From an uncultured Gemmatimonadales bacterium (GTDB lineage Bacteria; Gemmatimonadota; Gemmatimonadetes; Gemmatimonadales; GWC2-71-9), in the NCBI GenBank assembly GCA_963828735.1, contig CAWHFW010000005.1, positions 2,560,001-2,624,000 on the forward strand: a stretch of DNA of 64,000 bases. The letters run 5' to 3'. Both the position numbers and the translations under genes were made by a program. The notes beneath the pieces were generated by a model. It saw only the letters and a list, made by a program, of their open reading frames with translations, had not been told where the DNA came from and searched no databases. This document shows, piece after piece, positions 60,330 to 64,000 of the stretch (position 1 is the first letter of the stretch; every line of letters starts with the position of its first letter).

Positions 60330-61214
60330 CTATTCGTCCCGACGTACCGCCCTGGCCACGACGACGGTGATGTTGTCGGACCCGCCCCCCTCCAGCGCGT
60401 CATTCAGCAGCGTCTCGCAGGCCTGCTTGGCCGACGTCATCGAGCGGAGCACCTCTCGTATCCGGTCGTCGGAGACGTGCCGGGTGAGCCCGTCGCTGCA
60501 GAGCAGCAGCACATGGCCCCAGTCCATCCCGAACCGGGTGACCTTGGGGTGCGTCTCGTGGCCCCCGATGGCGCTGGTGAGCGTGTGGGCCAGCCTGGTG
60601 CCGGCGGCGTCCTCCATCTTCATGACGCCGAGGTCCACCATTTCCTGTGCCATCGTCTGGTCGCGCGTGACCTGGGTCAGCTCACCATCGCGGAGCAGGT
60701 AACACCGGCTGTCACCGACCTGGAGCAGGTAGCCCCGTGGCCACACGCCGAGGTAGAGGGTGAGCGTCGTGGCCATGCCGCGGTAATCGAAGTCCTTCTC
60801 GCCGCGGCTCACGAGGTCCGCGTGGCACTGATGCGCGCTCTGCTGGAGCGCGTCGGTCAGGTCGTCCTCCCCGTCCTCCGGAAGCGAGCTGTAATAGCAG
60901 CGCATGGCGCGGGTGACGTATCGCGTCACGCCCTGGAGCGCGACGCGGCTCGCCGTCTCGCCCCGGGCGGAGCCACCCACCCCGTCGGCCACCATGGCGA
61001 GCGACGCGAGCCGCTCGGTCTCGGTCATGAGCCCGTCGGCCTCCGGAATGCTGGAGAGTCGGACGACGAGCTGCTTTCGGAGGGAGCAGAGGAGGAAATG
61101 ATCCTGGTTGTCCTTCCGCACCTTGCCGGTATGCGTCACTCCGTGGGCGTCGATCTCGTCTTCACGTGGTTTGCGGCCGGCCATGGTCGAGGTCGCGGCG
61201 TCGGTCGAATGCAT
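60330..61214 (-). CDS. PP2C-family Ser/Thr protein phosphatase
   Basis: GKVRKDNQD, VADGVGG, GMATT, VGDSRCY, LCSDGL, GGSDNIT. Confidence 0.95.
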   Translation of the reverse strand: MHSTDAATSTMAGRKPREDEIDAHGVTHTGKVRKDNQDHFLLCSLRKQLVVRLSSIPEADGLMTETERLASLAMVADGVGGSARGETASRVALQGVTRYVTRAMRCYYSSLPEDGEDDLTDALQQSAHQCHADLVSRGEKDFDYRGMATTLTLYLGVWPRGYLLQVGDSRCYLLRDGELTQVTRDQTMAQEMVDLGVMKMEDAAGTRLAHTLTSAIGGHETHPKVTRFGMDWGHVLLLCSDGLTRHVSDDRIREVLRSMTSAKQACETLLNDALEGGGSDNITVVVARAVRRDE

Positions 61215-61364
61215 GGGACTCTCCTGAGAGCAGCTTGCGCTACCTCAATCTGGAGAGTGACCCCGTTTGGCGAAAGAAGCCCGGCCGTTCTGTTCAAATC
61301 TGTCGCGTCCGGCCGGGGCCGGCCCGCGGGCTTGACGCCGCCAGCGTCCAGCCGTTAGTGAACA

Positions 61365-63359
61365 GTGGTGACCGCCACATCTCCGACCGATCAAGCCCTT
61401 CTAGCCGCGCTCTCGGGCCGCTTCCGCGTCGCCCGGGAGCTGGGTCGCGGCGGAATGGGCACCGTCTACCTGGCGCACGATACCACGCTCGATCGCGACG
61501 TGGCCATCAAGGTGCTTAACCCGGATATCTCCTCCGCGCTCGGCGCCGAACGGTTCGCGCGCGAGATCCGGTTGACGGCGCGCCTCGTGCACCCGAACAT
61601 TGTGCCCCTGTTCGACTCGGGGGTGGCGGCCGCGGCTCCTGGACCGGCCCACGACCCGCGTGGCACGACGTTCCTCTACTACGTCATGCCGTACATCGAG
61701 GGGGAGCCGCTCCGCGCGCGCCTCAAGCGGGAGGGCGCGCTCGCGGTCGCCGAAGTCGTCCGCGTCGTGGCTGACATCGCCGAGGCGCTGGCGTACGCGC
61801 ACGCCATGGGCTCGGTCCACCGGGACGTGAAACCGGAGAACGTCTTCTGGTACCGCGGCCGCGCCTTGCTCGCGGACTTCGGCGTGGCGCTCTGGACGGC
61901 GGGTCCCGAGGCCGGACGCATGACGCAGGCGGGGCTCGTCGTCGGCAGCCCCGCCTACGCGAGCCCCGAGCAGGCCGAAGGGAGCGGACAGCTTGATGGT
62001 CGGTCCGATCTCTACGGGCTCGGCTGCGTGGCCTACGAGCTGCTGACCGGAGTGCCGCCCTATTCGGGTGACACCGCGCTCGCGGTCCTCGCGGCCCACA
62101 TGGTGCGGCCCGTGCCATCGGTGCGCGATCGCCGGCCGGACGCGCCGGTCCTCCTCGACGCCCTGGTGGCCCGCCTCATGGCCAAGGAGCCGGGCGACCG
62201 ACCGGCGAACGCCGTCGCGCTTCTCGAGGAGCTGCGCGGCATCGACGGCTCGGCCGGCGGGACGCCGTCGCCCATGGCCGCGACGCCGGCGGCGCGGCCC
62301 ACCCGGTCCAGCGAAGAGATCGCCGGCCTCCCGGCCGACGTTGCCGAGCTGCACCGCAAGGCGCGGCAGCTCTTCTCGATGGCGGTCCAGGGCGGCCCGT
62401 CGGCGCGCGACAAGTACGGCATGGCTCGCGCCTACCTCGAGCGAGCGATGCAGCGCGTGCCGGACAACGCGCTGCTCCTGGCCACGCTGGCCGACCTGAT
62501 TCACGTCGCGGGCGTACGCGGGTTCGCCGACCAGGACGAGGCCTTCGTGCGCTCGCAGGAGCTCCGGCACCAGGCGTTGGCGCTCGATGACTCGATCGGC
62601 CCGGTGCACAGCGGCCTCGGCGTTCACCTGCTCTATTGGGAAGACGAGTACGACCTGGCAGGCGAGGAGCTGCGCCGCGGCGCCGAGCTCTCGCCGGACG
62701 TCGCCGAGTCACAGCGGTATTACGGCGCGTGGCTCAAGATCGCGGGGCGAAAGGAGGAGGCCCTCGAGCGGATGCGCGCGGCCGTCCGGCTCGCGCCGGG
62801 CGCCGCGTTCATGCGCGTGGGCGAAGCCGACGTGCTCATGGCCCTCGGCCGCTACGAGGAGGCGGTCGGCGCACTCCGGCACGCACTCCGGCTTCAGCCG
62901 CGGTACGAGGCGGCGCTCGAGCGGCTGGAGATGAGCTGTCACCGCGCCGGCCGGCACGAGGAGGCTCTCGACGCGCGGTGCGCGCTGCTTGGCCTCCGGA
63001 ACGAGGCCGACCGCGCCGCCGAGCTCACCAAGCGCACCGAGCGGGACGGATGGCTGGCGGCACGCGAGCACGATCTCCGGGTCGACATCGAACGCCTGCT
63101 CGGCCAGGCCGCCCGGGAAGATCCGTTCACCGATCCCAATACGAGCCGCCAGCTCTCCGACACGATCATCATCGTGCTCGCCGAGCTGGGAGAATGGCAC
63201 GAGGCCATGAACTGGGTGGAGCGCGCGTATCACCGCCGCCCCGGTCGGCTGCGCCGGGTGGTCATGGATCTTCCATACGATCACCATGGGCTCGCGGTGG
63301 ATCCGCGATACGCACGATTGCTCAGAACGGCCGGATTGGCGGAACTGCTGGCGCAGTGA
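61365..63359 (+). CDS. Ser/Thr protein kinase with C-terminal TPR-like repeats
   Basis: LGRGGMGTVY, VAIK, HRDVKPEN, DFG, YASPEQ; helical TPR-like C-terminus. Confidence 0.93.
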   Translation: MVTATSPTDQALLAALSGRFRVARELGRGGMGTVYLAHDTTLDRDVAIKVLNPDISSALGAERFAREIRLTARLVHPNIVPLFDSGVAAAAPGPAHDPRGTTFLYYVMPYIEGEPLRARLKREGALAVAEVVRVVADIAEALAYAHAMGSVHRDVKPENVFWYRGRALLADFGVALWTAGPEAGRMTQAGLVVGSPAYASPEQAEGSGQLDGRSDLYGLGCVAYELLTGVPPYSGDTALAVLAAHMVRPVPSVRDRRPDAPVLLDALVARLMAKEPGDRPANAVALLEELRGIDGSAGGTPSPMAATPAARPTRSSEEIAGLPADVAELHRKARQLFSMAVQGGPSARDKYGMARAYLERAMQRVPDNALLLATLADLIHVAGVRGFADQDEAFVRSQELRHQALALDDSIGPVHSGLGVHLLYWEDEYDLAGEELRRGAELSPDVAESQRYYGAWLKIAGRKEEALERMRAAVRLAPGAAFMRVGEADVLMALGRYEEAVGALRHALRLQPRYEAALERLEMSCHRAGRHEEALDARCALLGLRNEADRAAELTKRTERDGWLAAREHDLRVDIERLLGQAAREDPFTDPNTSRQLSDTIIIVLAELGEWHEAMNWVERAYHRRPGRLRRVVMDLPYDHHGLAVDPRYARLLRTAGLAELLAQ

Positions 63360-63650
63360 TGGGGGCGGACGCACTACCGGGGACCACGCTTGGGAAGTCC
63401 CCGGGTGCCGAATGGCTCGCGGCGGTCGTGCCGCTATGTGGTTGGTCGACGGCATGGGGTTATCACCGTCGAACGACTTCACTGCATTGTGGAGGTAACG
63501 GTAGGTCTGCGGTGGACTCGGTTCATGGGGCGGCGGCCGCTTTGTGGGTACCCTGACTGGGCGAGCGCCGAATCGTCCTCCTCTCCCGCGGAGTACGACT
63601 CATGTGTACGACACGGTACCGTCGCTGTCAACAGTGAGTTTTGCTCGCGC

Positions 63651-64000
63651 TTACTGCAGACCTCGAAATCCCGGGCTCACGCCGCCGCCGGGATGATGGC
63701 CGCCGCCATGGCCACCGCACGTGCCTCCATGTCCACCTGCGTGAATCGTCGTGCCGCCGCTGCTGCCGTCAGGTGCGTCGGGCGGTCCGCGGTCCGTCCA
63801 CGACGGCTCGTTCGAGGGTCCGCTGCTCGCGGGAATGGCGGTAACGGTCTGGCCAGGCGCGAGCGCGAACGGATCGGGCGCGGCCGCGGCGTCGCTGCTG
63901 GCGACGCTGGTCGTGGCGCTGGCGGCCGTTGTCGGAGCAGGCGCGGACTTCGGTGCCGCGGTGGACGATGGAGCGGGCGCAGGCGCCGGTTGCGGCGCGA
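63651..64000 (-). CDS. C-terminus of a low-complexity Pro/Ala/Ser/Gly-rich hypothetical protein (partial)
   Basis: Open frame from the window edge: APQPAPAPAPSST...GGHGGTCGGHGGGHHPGGGVSPGFRGLQ, TAA at 63651-63653. Confidence 0.5.
   Translation of the reverse strand, partial: APQPAPAPAPSSTAAPKSAPAPTTAASATTSVASSDAAAAPDPFALAPGQTVTAIPASSGPSNEPSWTDRGPPDAPDGSSGGTTIHAGGHGGTCGGHGGGHHPGGGVSPGFRGLQ

Noticed and set aside
63440..63480. Hairpin TCGACGG..CCGTCGA in the final intergenic region as a possible ncRNA
   Set aside because: A single modest stem between convergent genes with no recognisable family features.

Overview
High-GC bacterial chromosomal window. The Hanks kinases, the TIGR02999-type ECF, the GroES style and the short 'MIALALLLLQ' signal peptide suggest Gemmatimonadota; this is inference only. 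No rRNA, tRNA, CRISPR array, transposase or prophage was seen. Left to right: (1) a selenocysteine formate dehydrogenase alpha subunit (in-frame UGA plus SECIS) and a partial Fe-S beta subunit; (2) a GT2/LAB_N/ArnT-like envelope-modification trio; (3) a stress module of XRE regulator, ABM-like protein, groES-groEL without CIRCE, and a terminator-punctuated csp-rpsU unit; (4) a DUF937-MliC fusion and a META lipoprotein; (5) an ECF sigma coupled to an alpha/beta-hydrolase-Ser/Thr kinase fusion, followed by an SBP56/methanethiol-oxidase-like gene; (6) a DUF5916 protein; (7) PPi-dependent PEP carboxykinase; (8) a 2908-aa cyclic beta-1,2-glucan synthase; (9) an ArsR/SRPBCC pair; (10) a divergent sugar-utilisation locus (TonB receptor, GH65, uncharacterised GH-like protein, SSS symporter, ABC transporter); (11) pepN, an ICMT-like protein, a PP2C phosphatase and a kinase-TPR protein. 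About 13 frameshifts, all resolvable as extra bases and clustered in three patches, are most likely sequencing errors. Other patterns: several probably leaderless genes, a thrice-repeated palindrome, and two 5'-truncated gene remnants.
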